Positions 23,000 through 35,004 of a DNA stretch of 64,000 nt are shown piece after piece (position 1 is the stretch's first letter; each line of letters opens with the position of its first letter). Under the pieces are notes generated by a model that ran no database searches, had not been told where the DNA came from, and saw only the letters and a program-made list of their open reading frames with translations. The translations under genes were made by a program, and so were the position numbers. Source of the DNA: Macrostomum lignano (taxonomy: Eukaryota); assembly GCA_002269645.1 (NCBI GenBank), contig NIVC01000874.1, forward strand, positions 62,001 through 126,000, written 5' to 3'.

Positions 23000-24747
23000 C
23001 TGACCCAGCTTTGATACAGGTGTGACCCAGTCTTGATACAGGTCTGACCCAGTTTTGATACAGGTCTGACCCAGCTTTGATACAGGTCTGACCCAGTTTT
23101 GATACAGGTCTGACCCAGTTTTGATACAGGTCTGACCCAGTCTTGAGACAGGTCTGACCCAGCTTTGATACAGGTGTGACCCAGCTTTGATACAGGTCTG
23201 ACCCAGCTTTGATACAGGTCTGACCCAGCTTTGATACAGGTCTGACCCAGCTTTGATACAGGTCTGACCCAGCTTTGATACAGGTCTGACCCAGCTTTGA
23301 TACAGGTCTGACCCAGCTTTGATACAGGTCTGACCCAGCTTTGATACAGGTGTGACCCAGTCTTGAGACAGGTCTGACCCAGCTTTGATACAGGTGTGAC
23401 CCAGCTTTGATACAGGTCTGACCCAGCTTTGATACAGGTCTGACCCAGCTTTGATACAGGTCTGACCCAGCTTTGATACAGGTCTGACCCAGCTTTGATA
23501 CAGGTGTGACCCAGTCTTGAGACAGGTCTGACCCAGCTTTGATACAGGTGTGACCCAGCTTTGATACAGGTCTGACCCAGCTTTGATACAGGTGTGACCC
23601 AGTCTTGAGACAGGTCTGACCCAGCTTTGATACAGGTCTGACCCAGCTTTGATACAGGTCTGACCCAGCTTTGATACAGGTCTGACCCAGTTTTGATACA
23701 GGTCTGACCCAGTTTTGATACAGGTGTGACCCAGCTTTGATACAGGTCTGACCCAGTTTTGATACAGGTCTGACCCAGTTTTGATACAGGTCTGACCCAG
23801 CTTTGATACAGGTCTGACCCAGCTTTGATACAGGTCTGACCCAGCTTTGATACAGGTGTGACCCAGTCTTGAGACAGGTGTGACCCAGCTTTGATACAGG
23901 TGTGACCCAGTCTTGAGACAGGTCTGACCCAGCTTTGATACAGGTCTGACCCAGTTTTGATACAGGTCTGACCCAGTTTTGATACAGGTCTGACCCAGCT
24001 TTGATACAGGTCTGACCCAGTTTTGATACAGGTCTGACCCAGTTTTGATACAGGTCTGACCCAGCTTTGATACAGGTCTGACCCAGCTTTGATACAGGTC
24101 TGACCCAGTTTTGATACAGGTCTGACCCAGCTTTTATACAGGTCTGACCCAGTTTTGATACAGGTCTGACCCAGCTTTGATACAGGTCTGACCCAGCTTT
24201 GATACAGGTCTGACCCAGTTTTGATACAGTTCTGACCCAGTTTTGATACAGTTCTGACCCAGCTTTGATACAGGTCTGACCCAGCTTTAATACAGGTCTG
24301 ACCCAGCTTTGATACAGGTCTGACCCAGCTTTGATACAGGTCTGACCCAGTTTTGATACAGTTCTGACCCAGCTTTGATACAGGTCTGACCCAGCTTTGA
24401 TACAGGTCTGACCCAGTTTTGATACAGGTCTGACCCAGCTTTGATACAGGTCTGACCCAGCTTTGATACAGGTCTGACCCAGTTTTGATACAGGTCTGAC
24501 CCAGCTTTGATACAGGTCTGACCCAGCTTTGATACAGGTCTGACCCAGTTTTGATACAGGTCTGACCCAGCTTTGATACAGGTCTGACTCAGTTTTGATA
24601 CAGGTCTGACCCAGCTTTGATACAGGTCTGACTCAGTTTTGATACAGGTCTGACCCAGTTTTGATACAGGTCTGACCCAGCTTTAATACAGGTCTGACCC
24701 AGCTTTGATACAGGTCTGGCCCAGTCTTGAGACAGGTGTGACCCAGT
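23000..24747. repeat. 22-bp minisatellite (gacccagctttgatacaggtct)
   Basis: About 79 units with recurring variants (cagtttt; cagtcttgagac; ggtgtg). Confidence 0.97.
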
Positions 24748-24763
24748 CACAGGGGTGACTCGG

Positions 24764-25050
24764 CACAGGTGTTCTTACCCTGTGTGGACACAGGTGTTAT
24801 TAACCGGTGTGGACACAGGTGTTATTAACCGGTGTGGACACAGGTGTTACTACCCGGCGTGTACACAGGTGTTATTAACCGGTGTGGACACAGGTGTTAC
24901 TAACCGGTGTGGACACAGGTGTTATTAACCGGTGTTGGTCACAGGTGTTATTAACCGGTGTGGACACAGGTGTTATTAACCGGTGTGGACACAGGTGTTA
25001 TTAACCGGTGTGGACACAGGTGTTATTAACCGGTGTTGGACACAGGTGTT
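24764..25050. repeat. 25-bp minisatellite (cacaggtgttattaaccggtgtgga)
   Basis: About 11 units directly adjacent to the 22-bp array. Confidence 0.92.
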
Positions 25051-25232
25051 CATACCCTATGTGGGTACAGGTGCTCTGTGAACCCGGTGTACCCGGTAGC
25101 GCTGTGACCATGCAGTACCCAGAAACGCTGCAAGCCTGCTCAGATTCTCTTCAAAAAAAGAGCGGACTTGCAAAGAATTTCTCTCGCAAGAAGCAGCAAA
25201 TCCCCCACCCCAGAAACAGCTGCCGCTCAGCC

Positions 25233-27148
25233 TCACTTCTCCGACTGGCTCCGCTTCGCGCCGCCGCCCTCAGCCGTTCCGGCGGTCGCCGATTTCTGCA
25301 CGAACGCATCGAAGTGCCTCGACGGCAGGCTGGGCAGCAGCAGGTGGCCCGGCGGCGCTTCCTGACCGGCAGGCGGCGGCTGCTGCGGCCGCGGTTGCCC
25401 TGGCAACAAGCCGTCGGTACCAGCCGATGTGGGGTTGCTGGAGTCTGGAGTGGATGGGTTTAAGGATTTTTATCGGTTGTTTTCACATACTGGACTCAAT
25501 GGTGTCGATTCTGCACCTCTTGACCCCCTATTAGTTCTGCGCCTCTTGACCTCCAATTAGCCGATTCTGCACCTCTTGACCTCCAATTAGCCGATTCTGC
25601 ACCTCTTGACCTCCAATTAGCCGATTGTGCACCTCTTGACCTCCAATTAGCCGATTGTGCACCTCTTGACCTCCATTAGCCGATTGTGCACCTCTTGACC
25701 TCCAATTAGCCGATTGTGCACCTCTTGACCTCCAATTAGCCGATTGTGCACCTCTTGACCCCTCAGCATACTTCGTGCCTCACCCCTCCTCCGCTCCTTG
25801 GACTCTTGCATCCGCCGCAGGAAGGTGCGTGAGCTGTCCGCGATCTCCTTGCCGTCCAGCTGGCCGAGACTGTCCGACAGAACCACTACACGGTCGCGGT
25901 ACTTCTTGGCTTGGCACACAGGGCTGCCGCTGAGCTCCAGGCGCTTCAGGTACCGCCAGCTGCGAAGGCAAACCGTCAGGTCGACGAAGTCGGACACCTG
26001 CGGCCGGGTGGGGGCTTGCGATTCAGCCAGGTTGACGACTCGCCATCTCCTGCTTCCATTGCCACTCTGATGTTTGCATCATCACTATATTGTCATTGTC
26101 AATATTCTCAATGCACTCTACTGTCACAATAGTCACTCGATCATCTTTATTGCCACTCTGATGTTTGCATCATCACTATATTGTCATTGTCAATACTCTC
26201 AATGCACTCTACTGTCACAATAGTCACTCGATCATCTTTATTGCCACTCTAATGCCTCAGTTGTCACTCTCTCGTTCAATTGCCACTCTTTATGCTGCCT
26301 CTATTGAATCCTGTCACTGCTATTGTAACTCTGCGTGTGTCATTCAGCTGTCACCATTGTCACACTGCCTTCAATAGTCACTTCATCTTTACTGTTACCA
26401 CTGGACTGTCCTTCAAATGTATCCAGCAGCCCTCAACAGACCTGACAAACCGCCGCGAGCTTACCTGGTTGTCGGAGCACAGGAACTGCACCAGCTGGCT
26501 GAGACACTCGAACTGGACGAGGTCGTCAATCGAGTTTCCGGACACGCAGAGGACCTGCAGGCAGCTGCCCAGAGAAAGGAGGCTGCGCGGATCGAACAGG
26601 AGCTTCTCGCCCGGCGGCAGCCGCTGGTTCTCAACGTGCAACTCTTGAAGGCTCTGCAGCCTCTCGAGGCCTTCCACCACGGTGAGCTGGTTGCCTCCGA
26701 GGTACAGCTTGGTGAGCCGAGGCAGGAGGTGCAGGTGGTCCAGTTTCCTGATCCGGTTGTTCTGCAAGTACAGGTGAGTCAGAGCTGCGTTGCCATGCAG
26801 CTGAGGCACCGTCAGGAGCTCGTTGTCATAGAGGTACAGAACTAGCAGGCTGCGGCACTGTGAGATGTCGTCTCCCTGAGGGTCGCATTTTTCATGAGTT
26901 ATAGTTCTCCGGAGGAACAGCATGGTTTTTTAGAGATGGCAAATAAAAAGGCTACTGACTGTAATAAAGAATATTTTGAGAAGAGCGACATAGTAATACA
27001 TATGCATGCTTACCACGTCGTCAATGCTTTTATTCTCCAGGTAGAGATGAGTGACCCGCCTAGCAAATTGTTCAAGCGTTTCGTCGTGTCTTTTTTTATG
27101 AAAGCCGGTGCTGGCTCTGGCCATCAGCTCCAAGGTAACCAGAACCAT
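25233..27148 (-). CDS. PPP1R42: Protein phosphatase 1 regulatory subunit 42 / LRRC67 (leucine-rich repeat), ~323 aa
   Basis: The N-terminus MVLVTLELMAR...RVTHLYLENKSIDDV resembles PPP1R42. LRRs include LLVLYLYDNEL, LTHLYLQNNRI, LTKLYLGGNQL and LQELHVENQRLPPGEKLLFDPRS, followed by the LRRcap GSPVCQAKKYRDRVV...LDGKEI. Exons 27148-27014, 26875-26465, 25997-25784 and 25444-25233 have matching phases (972 nt). Confidence 0.88.
25508..25760. repeat. 30-bp minisatellite in PPP1R42 intron 3
   Basis: ttgacctccaattagccgattgtgcacctc, about 8 copies, starting ~20 nt from the donor. Confidence 0.92.
26060..26250. repeat. 91-bp tandem duplication in PPP1R42 intron 2
   Basis: tgccactct recurs at 26060, 26151 and 26242, with near-identical intervening sequence. 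Confidence 0.85.
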
Positions 27149-28089
27149 TTTTATCCTTTTGTTTTTTATTTATTCGGGTGGTAGTTATAGAGTTCGTTTT
27201 TTGCTTTCTGAAAGAATTAGAAAGTCAAAAATATTTCGCTGATTCATTATTGTTGCTAATAAAAAGAGATAGAAAATTCGAGAAAAATCATTACATAAGT
27301 GTTGGGTTTTTGAGTTTCAATTTACAAAATAAATTATATTCTATAGACATGGTCATTTTCATCATGAGTAACTTTTTATTCACTGTAGACATAGCTGGAC
27401 CTGGATGTCTTTCACTTTATTTTACAAGTATTTTACAAATGGCTTGTAGTGCACACGAAATTGTCTAACTGATATAAATTTGTAATGCATAAAAATTCGT
27501 TAAAAAATAAACTCCTATCAAATGCAAAACTGCTCCTTGAAATTTCGTAAAAGCGGATGTTCTAAAATTGCTGTTTAGTTTTTACTAGATACCTACCGAC
27601 AGACCACTTTTAGTATAGTCTAGAGCGTTATGGACAAACATACAAACAAACAAACAAATATTAGAGATATTAGAAGATGTAATGGTCAAACTGAAGAGCG
27701 AATATATTGGATCGAAAAAGAGAAAAAGCAAAAGTTAAATTTTGTTACTGCAAGTGCCTGGCACGATTTATACGAGCAAATAGTATATGAAAAATAAAAT
27801 AGAATGTAGAAGCAAAATCTCATACACAGTATACAAATTAAAATGTATAAAATTTCAAGTCAAAATTACAATGTGCCTCAAAATGTCTATTATTAGAAAA
27901 TAAAATAAAATAATTCTAACTGTCAGAATATTTTTTTAAATTAATAGTTTTTGCTTTATCGAAAAAGAGTCGTTTAGACAATAGAAAACTGGAACAGTTC
28001 GTTATAATAAAAACTTAATAATAGATTTTGTAAGAAATCCGTCATTTGTAACGATTGCTATATCATTCAGCCAAGCTGCGAATAATAAG

Positions 28090-28787
28090 CAAGGACGACT
28101 TAAGTAGAAGGACGGGAAACCTCGTTTCTTAGAAAATTTTTGAAGGCACTTTTTCCCGAAAAAATACACTACGGAGATAGAAAATTTTTATTTTTTCAGC
28201 ACAAAAATTGCTATTACTTTTGATAGGAGGCAGATCCAGTGCTCATCTTTTGATATGTTGTGCCTTTTTTATTGCTCTATCGATATTTATAAAGCTTTTC
28301 GTTCAGAAAATTAGGATTATATGTCAATTTTTTATTCTACGTACATTTCCTGTATCTGAAAATCACAAAAATGCATGACACAGCTCCAATATTTGCTTTT
28401 ATGAACCTGTTTTTTCATCTCTGTTACGAATATTTGCTAAACAGTCAGTTAAGAATGATAAAATAGACTTCTAAAACCAAAGAGCCGAGCCGTGGCATTC
28501 TAATGTATTTCAATCACAAGACACGTAAAAATATACGGAGAATAAAAAATTTACATAGAATCCTAATTTTCTGAACTAAAAGCTTTATAAATATCGATAG
28601 AGCAATAAAAAAGGCACAACATATCAAAAGATGAGCACTGGATCTGCCTCCTATCAAAAGTAATAGCAATTTTTGTGCTGAAAAAATGAAAATTTCCTAT
28701 CTCCGTAGTGTATTTTTTCGGGAAAAAGTGCCTTCAAAACTTTTCTAAGAAACGAGGTTTCCCGTCCTTCTACTGAAGTCGTCCTTG
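28090..28787. mobile_element. MITE with long TIRs, P-element-like termini
   Basis: ~265-bp inverted repeats (CAAGGACGACT... / ...AGTCGTCCTTG) and a perfect 8-bp TSD ATAATAAG (28082-28089, 28788-28795). CAAGG fits the CANRG terminus of the P superfamily; the superfamily is inferred. Confidence 0.85.
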
Positions 28788-30210
28788 ATAATAAGTCCGA
28801 ACATGTCTGAAATATGCGAGGAATATACTGTAAAGTTCGATTCCTCAGAAGTGTATTTCGATTCCAAAATTCATTTGCTACTTAAGTATGGAATTTTTCA
28901 ATCAAACCCGGCCTTGGAGACAGGGGGAAAATAAAAACTAAAAAAAGAAAGTAGAGCCGTTAGATTTAGTCGCATAATTAGCATGTTAGATGATAAATAA
29001 TGGAAATGGATACTATTAAAACTTACTTACTTTTATTTTTTGTGCACCAACACTGTTTTCATTTTGCATAGTATTGAGTTGGGCTTTTCAATAGACAAAA
29101 TTGGTGAAAAAATCTGCATTAGAATAATCCATCTATTCAAAATGACTAAAAAGATAGTAAAAATATAAAATGTTGGCTTAATGTTGCTTGCTTGTGGGTC
29201 TCTAGTAGCATTTACCATTAATATAGCTTGATAAACTTGTGAATATAGCATTTAAGAATCTGGATACCCTGGATTGGAGTGATATATTTGACATTTAGTG
29301 ATATTTATTTAGTTCTAAAAAATAAAGTCAAATACTTATCTTATCAATAAATTTTAATGGAGAACCAACAAAATACTCTATAGATAAAGTCTATTAATCT
29401 ATTATACAATAAAAAAACAAAGCATTATTAGGTTTTAATATTTTCTATCAACTTTTATAGACTAGGCCTACTATTAAAATGTTCTTAATAATAATATGTT
29501 AAAGATAAAAGTTTTACTATTATCTTGTTGATATTTTTTGTTCATTTGTTTAAATTCTAGCTTATTTTTAAACATAACTTGTATTTTTAATTGTATAGAT
29601 ATTGATAATGATAGCTAATAATGATATAATAAAAATAGTATTGCTACTAGTGAAGGTCTTTAATTTCTACTAAAGATATTGTCATAGGCAAAACTATAAG
29701 CTGAATCTGAAATTCAGATTTAGATTCTACCTTCTGAATCACCAAATTTGCATAGAACCTATATTTGTCACCAAAGATAGAGGTAATTGTTTTCTATAGG
29801 CATATTGTACCATAGGTAGTATCTATTTTACTATACTATTATCTTAGCTACTATCATCATTAAAAACTAATAAAAAGCAAGACTTGCTATGCGTTTTATG
29901 TGTTATATTGTTAGGACAACTATTTCTGGGGCACCATTGCTATCACAAGGGTTGCCCTCACAAGGTCCCCTAGAGGGTCATCTAATGATGCCACATTAAT
30001 GCAGTTTCTTTCAAACTAAAATTGGCACATTGAATTAGTTGCATTAGTCAATTTTACCACCAACTTGTATTGCTACAAGTTGGTTACTAAACTAGCCATT
30101 GTGATTGGCTTTAGGTGCTTACCCTATTGGAGTCACTGGGGCGAATTTTGTCAGCAATCCAATTAATGGATTTATTCACCAAAGGCATTGTGACACTTTC
30201 CAGTCCACAG

Positions 30211-31304
30211 ACCCAGCAGTGAGCACATCACAGTGGCAGCAGCTCTCTGGCCTGCACCGCCAGCTGCTTGCCGATTTGGCCACTGGCGCTGATGCCGAAG
30301 CCGCAGCTGCGGCAGTCGCGGCGGCCTCCACAGGCGACGCCGACGTCGAAGCCGCAGCCGAGGCGGCGGCCGCAGCGGCAGCGCAGGCGGACGCATCCCG
30401 CTCGCAGGTCTGGCTGGCGCTGACCCGCCGGGTGGAGGCCGCTGCTGCGCCTCAGGGACTCAACTGGGCCGCCACCAGCTGCTGCGCCAGCCTGGTTGCC
30501 GTGCTGTCGAAGAGCTCCGGCGCCGCCGAAGAATCGCCGCCGCGCCCGCAGGACGACGCCACCGCCACCGCCGAGCCAGCCGACGCCGATGATGACGCCG
30601 CCGCGGACGCTGAGGCTGGTATGGCGGCCTCGCTGGACTTCCACTCCATGGTGACATCCATGCTGCCCGATGATGCCGGTGACGCCCTGGACTCCGACCG
30701 GGTGAGCACCGAGGCTCTGGTGCAGCAGCTCAAGAGCCTCCTTGAATGCGGCGACGGCGGCAGCGGCTCCGACAGCGACGCCGCGGCCGAGGAAGTCGAC
30801 GAGGTGGACGGGGCGGCCGCGGCGGACTATCAGCTGCCAGGCGGGGTCGGCGGGGTGCTGCTGTCGCCCAGCCAGCAGGAGTTGCTGCAGTTCCGGGCGG
30901 AGAACGGCGAGGACCTCAGCCAGCTGTCGGCTGGCGCGCTGAATGAGTACCTCAACGAGCTGGAGTGCCTCATCTCTGAGCTCAACGATACCCTAGTTAC
31001 GGAGCTCGCGCGGCGGGACGAACTGGCGCTGGACCGTGAGGTCAAAGAGCAGTTCATCAATCTGCTCACCGCCGTGCAGGCTAAGAAGCGCGAGTCCCGC
31101 CAGCAGCTCCATCAGCAGCATCAGCAGCCGCAGCACATGGCCTTCACCACCCTGCCACTGCGGAAGCGGGGCCTGAGCGACACGGAGCACCTGCAGACCC
31201 TCAATGGCATCCTCCGAGCCATGCTGCTCAATGCGCCCGAGGTGTCCAGCCTCCTCACCGACTACATCCTGCGGGTGTACGCGCCCATCCTGCCCGAGGC
31301 CTGA
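30211..31304 (+). CDS. unc-76: Fasciculation and elongation protein zeta (UNC-76/FEZ family), large 3' exon; start exon not found
   Basis: VWLALT, LDFHSMV, ISELNDTLVTELARRDELALDREVKEQFINLLTAVQAKKRE and LNGILRAM...VSSLLTDYILRVYAP match FEZ-family blocks. No ATG lies in frame upstream; candidate acceptor tccacag at 30210. Confidence 0.85.
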
Positions 31305-33618
31305 TATTCCAACCCCGTCTCTCTCCTTCATCTCTTCATCATTCAGGCTTCATCCTGTTCCCATTTGCTTCTAGAGCTTGCTGCTTTGACTCGGCACCGT
31401 ATTTGGCAAAGCAGTGGGTTTCGAGTTCAATATTATTGACACCCAGCTGTTATTTGCCTGTCTTGCTCTGACTATTTGCATTGCAATGCTTGTAAAGCAG
31501 GTACTATTTAACTCTTTTGTGTTTCCTCCAATATTAGTGCTGGCCTGGTCATTGGGGGCACCAGTCTACTTCCAGATCTGTCAGCCAGCTTGAAGCTTAA
31601 AGCCGACTGAAACAGTGTCGAAAAATGAAGTCCGAAACAATAAGTGAGACATTCGTGGCACCTTTATTCATTCCTAAAACCAAGCTGAAACAAAAGACCA
31701 AGCGTTACTGACAGCTCTCTAGCCTACTAATTTCACCACCTGCCACATCTGCTTCAAGGATTTCTCCTCATTACTCCGACCCATTTGATTTATGACTTTG
31801 CAGTGAATCTCAATCTTTACCGAACTGAGACTTTCTAGTCACACTGATTGGCACATTTTGCACCCTACATACATTACTGGCCTTTTGCCTCCACAGTATT
31901 GATTTTTTCCAGTCAATTTTCGCTTATTAATAACTAATCGATCGATGATTTATTTGCATTGTGCTTTGGATAATTTTTTAGCTGTGTTGTCTCTGGTGCA
32001 ACTTGAAAACTGCTTAACGTGGATAATCAGCTTCAACAATGAATCTTTATAAGCCTTATGTGCGCCTGCTTGCCTATTATAAATATACAGAACCAAGGCC
32101 CAGTTCTGATAATGGCCTCGCTTGCTAGTAGTGCTATAGAGATGGCCCAGCAGTGCTTTCGGTCCTGTTGAATGCTTTCCGGGGCATCGAGGAATCCGTT
32201 CGAGAAATCGCGAGGCGAGATTTCCTTGCACCAATCACATCCAATTTCACTTTCAATTTCAATATCAAGAAAAAAAGTCTCAAAGTTTGTGATAGAAAAA
32301 CTATTGTCCAGCCGCACTGAGAATCTTCCGCCGTTCGTCTTGCAACCCGCAGTTTTATTTCAAATTAAACTGTCCCGTCTTTCATCAGGCATAGAAGAGT
32401 ATTCAGTTTTGTGGATAGTTTCAGATTCTAAAATTAAAGAATAACAAAAAATATTTTGGGCGTTTTCGAAAAGAATAATTCAAAGCCAGAAATTCCAGAT
32501 ATCAAGAAGATGCCGCTCAGTTCACAGTCAAATATACTACTCTTAGCGTACTACTGTCAACAGCTGATCCATTTCTGCTTTCTGCACTGTTTCCAAGGTG
32601 AATCTTTGGGCCTTCAGTCGATGAAAAAAGTCTTAGTGCGGAGTTAATGGTATATAGAAACTCAGGAGTGGCTAAAAAATAAAAAATATGGATTCAAACA
32701 GTTTATAAGTTTATAAAGTTTTCTGAGTTTTGCTTGCATTGAGGAGTAACTCGGAATAAAAGTTCAAAACACGAGTTGTTATCAAGAATGTTAACTACTA
32801 CCGCTGTCTACATGTTTAGAAAAAACAATGAAGAGAGAGAAATACACTACAAAAATTTGTAATAATTTTAAATCGATATCGAATTCAATTTTGACAAACT
32901 GGACTTTAAAATTGGCTGTCAATATTTTTTCTAAAACGAGTTTTCAAGTTTAACCAATTTGCACTCTGTTATGACGGAACTCAAGCAGTTTGCATTTCGT
33001 CTGAGACGAAGACTAGTAAGTGCTCTCATAGAAGAGTAGCTATAGGAGCCAACCAGCGGTCATGCTTTGGCTCTCGGCAGAATTTAGGGGGTCGCTTAGA
33101 TGTATTGGGCGGAACTGTATCCAGTGGTTGGCTTTTCCACCACTAGAAGTCTTGGGATATCCTATGGTCAAAATCAACAACAGTTGAACTATCAAAGTTC
33201 CAAATGGCCAACGTCTTTTCTGATATCGAGCTTTTATAAAAGAATCGGTTTGACAAAAAAATAAGAAATTATATAAAAGACGAGGGGAAATTACACAAGA
33301 ATAGCAAATAAAATAACAAAAGAAGCTGTAAAATACGAGTAAACAAAAGAAATTCCATCGATAACATGTTTCCGATTTGTTTAGAAAAAAGTTGCCGTTA
33401 ATCAAATTATCGATCAAAAAGACACACCAGGACAAAGTAAAATCAAACTCTTCAATAAGCCAAAGCCTCCAGGTGAAGTCCCATTTCATCCAGTTTGTCA
33501 ATTAAATCCAATGCATGCCTGGTGGAACCAGCATCTGTAATAAAATTTCAGTTTTTGTACATCACGAAGTACTTTTTGCGGATTCCAGACATCCCTTAAC
33601 TAAGTTTCGAAAAATTTA

Positions 33619-35004
33619 CTAACCATTTGGTGTGTTCATTTCAATGTACTGTTCCTCACGAGTCGAACGGAACGTCGACTTCAATGACGAAAAGATCCTG
33701 TCAATGATCTGGAAAGCCTCTTGCTGCTGCTCGTCGTCGCTGGAGTTGGTCGCATCCGCATAGCTCTCATTCAGCAGAACCACAAAGATGTTCAGCACTA
33801 TGAACACGATCGTGAATGTGTAGGAGAAGAACAGGATCTTGTACAGTGCGCTGCGGCTGTCTTCAAAAGTGGCATTGAACTTTCCCAGCATCACGGACAG
33901 CTGTGTGATCATCGTCTGCATCAGACTGCGGTACTCTCCGTCCACTGGTCCCAGAACCAGATTGGCGATGAAGGCGAAGGCCAAGAAGATTACGAGAAAC
34001 ACCCAGAAGAACGACCTCAGCTCCGACAGTGAGTTCCTCAGAGTGCCCGACAGGTGGGCCAGACTGCGGGAGTAGCGGACCAGGTTGAGAAAGCCGATCT
34101 GGACGAGGAACATGGCGATGCCGAGGCAGTAGTAGAACGACTCGTCGAAGAACATGACAGTTTCCAGATTGCCAGAGTTGGAGTTCTGCATGGACTCCAG
34201 GGCTGCAACTGTGGCGAAGCTGCGCAGCAGAAGAAACACGAGGCCGGCAATCATGGTGAGGTTTGTGAGCAGGTGCGACACATTCCACGGATTGGAGAAG
34301 TGTTTTGAGAAGCCCTGAAGCCAACAAGACCGCAGTTGCAGCAGCAACAGTACCAGAGTGATTGCAGCGGCCAGCAGCTCAGCACACAGTCGAAGGGCTC
34401 CGCTGGCGCCGATGTACCGGTAAAGGCTCGTTGATCGCAGACTGGCGGAGCTCAAGGCGCCGCCGAACGGAGGCAGCTCGGTCAGGATGGACACGGATGT
34501 AAAGAAGTTGGTGTCAGGGTAGAACAAGCTGCATTCAAGCAGCACGGCTCGTGTGTAGTTATCAATCCAATGGCAATGCGTGGCCTCTTGCAGGAGCGAG
34601 ATGGCTTTAGAGAAGTTGTTTGGCAGGTCGAGCACGTAGCCCCTTCCGCTGTATGAGTTGTACGTGCCCCATGTTGGCCACGGGGTGACCGTTCTGGCGT
34701 GGAATGCAGCGTCAAGGCCGCTCCCAGTGTGGTTGCAGGGCAGTTGGGTGCGCCAGCCGATGCCGTAGCAGCTGCGATCTTCAGTGCTCGCACTGTACTC
34801 GGCAGACACTGCCAGAGAGTCGCGCCACACGGGACGCACCCTGAGCTGTCTCAGCTTCACGCGACCCAACCGAAAGCCAACACCATCGGAGATGAACTTC
34901 TGCTCAGCTTCACTCAATGGTTGGCCATTCGCAGCCACAGTCGGATAGAGATTCGGTAGAACCGTGTGGTTCAGCCAGGTGTGAATGTCCTCCCATTTCT
35001 GCAC
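33619..35004 (-). CDS. Polycystin gene last exon: TOP and PKD channel transmembrane domain
   Basis: WLNHTVLPNLYP, LGRVKLRQLRV, TYNSYSGRGYVLDL, WIDNYTRAVLLECSLFYPDTNFF, FIVLNIFVVLLNESY. Confidence 0.93.
   Translation of the reverse strand: MQKWEDIHTWLNHTVLPNLYPTVAANGQPLSEAEQKFISDGVGFRLGRVKLRQLRVRPVWRDSLAVSAEYSASTEDRSCYGIGWRTQLPCNHTGSGLDAAFHARTVTPWPTWGTYNSYSGRGYVLDLPNNFSKAISLLQEATHCHWIDNYTRAVLLECSLFYPDTNFFTSVSILTELPPFGGALSSASLRSTSLYRYIGASGALRLCAELLAAAITLVLLLLQLRSCWLQGFSKHFSNPWNVSHLLTNLTMIAGLVFLLLRSFATVAALESMQNSNSGNLETVMFFDESFYYCLGIAMFLVQIGFLNLVRYSRSLAHLSGTLRNSLSELRSFFWVFLVIFLAFAFIANLVLGPVDGEYRSLMQTMITQLSVMLGKFNATFEDSRSALYKILFFSYTFTIVFIVLNIFVVLLNESYADATNSSDDEQQQEAFQIIDRIFSSLKSTFRSTREEQYIEMNTPNG

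Noticed and set aside
15655-24747. CRISPR-like regular repeats
   Set aside because: Units are head-to-tail with no unique spacers, no cas genes are present, and the context is eukaryotic.
27600-27680. Helentron/DINE-like end with (CAAA)n microsatellite
   Set aside because: Only the short microsatellite and AT tail are suggestive; no subterminal inverted repeat or partner end was identified.
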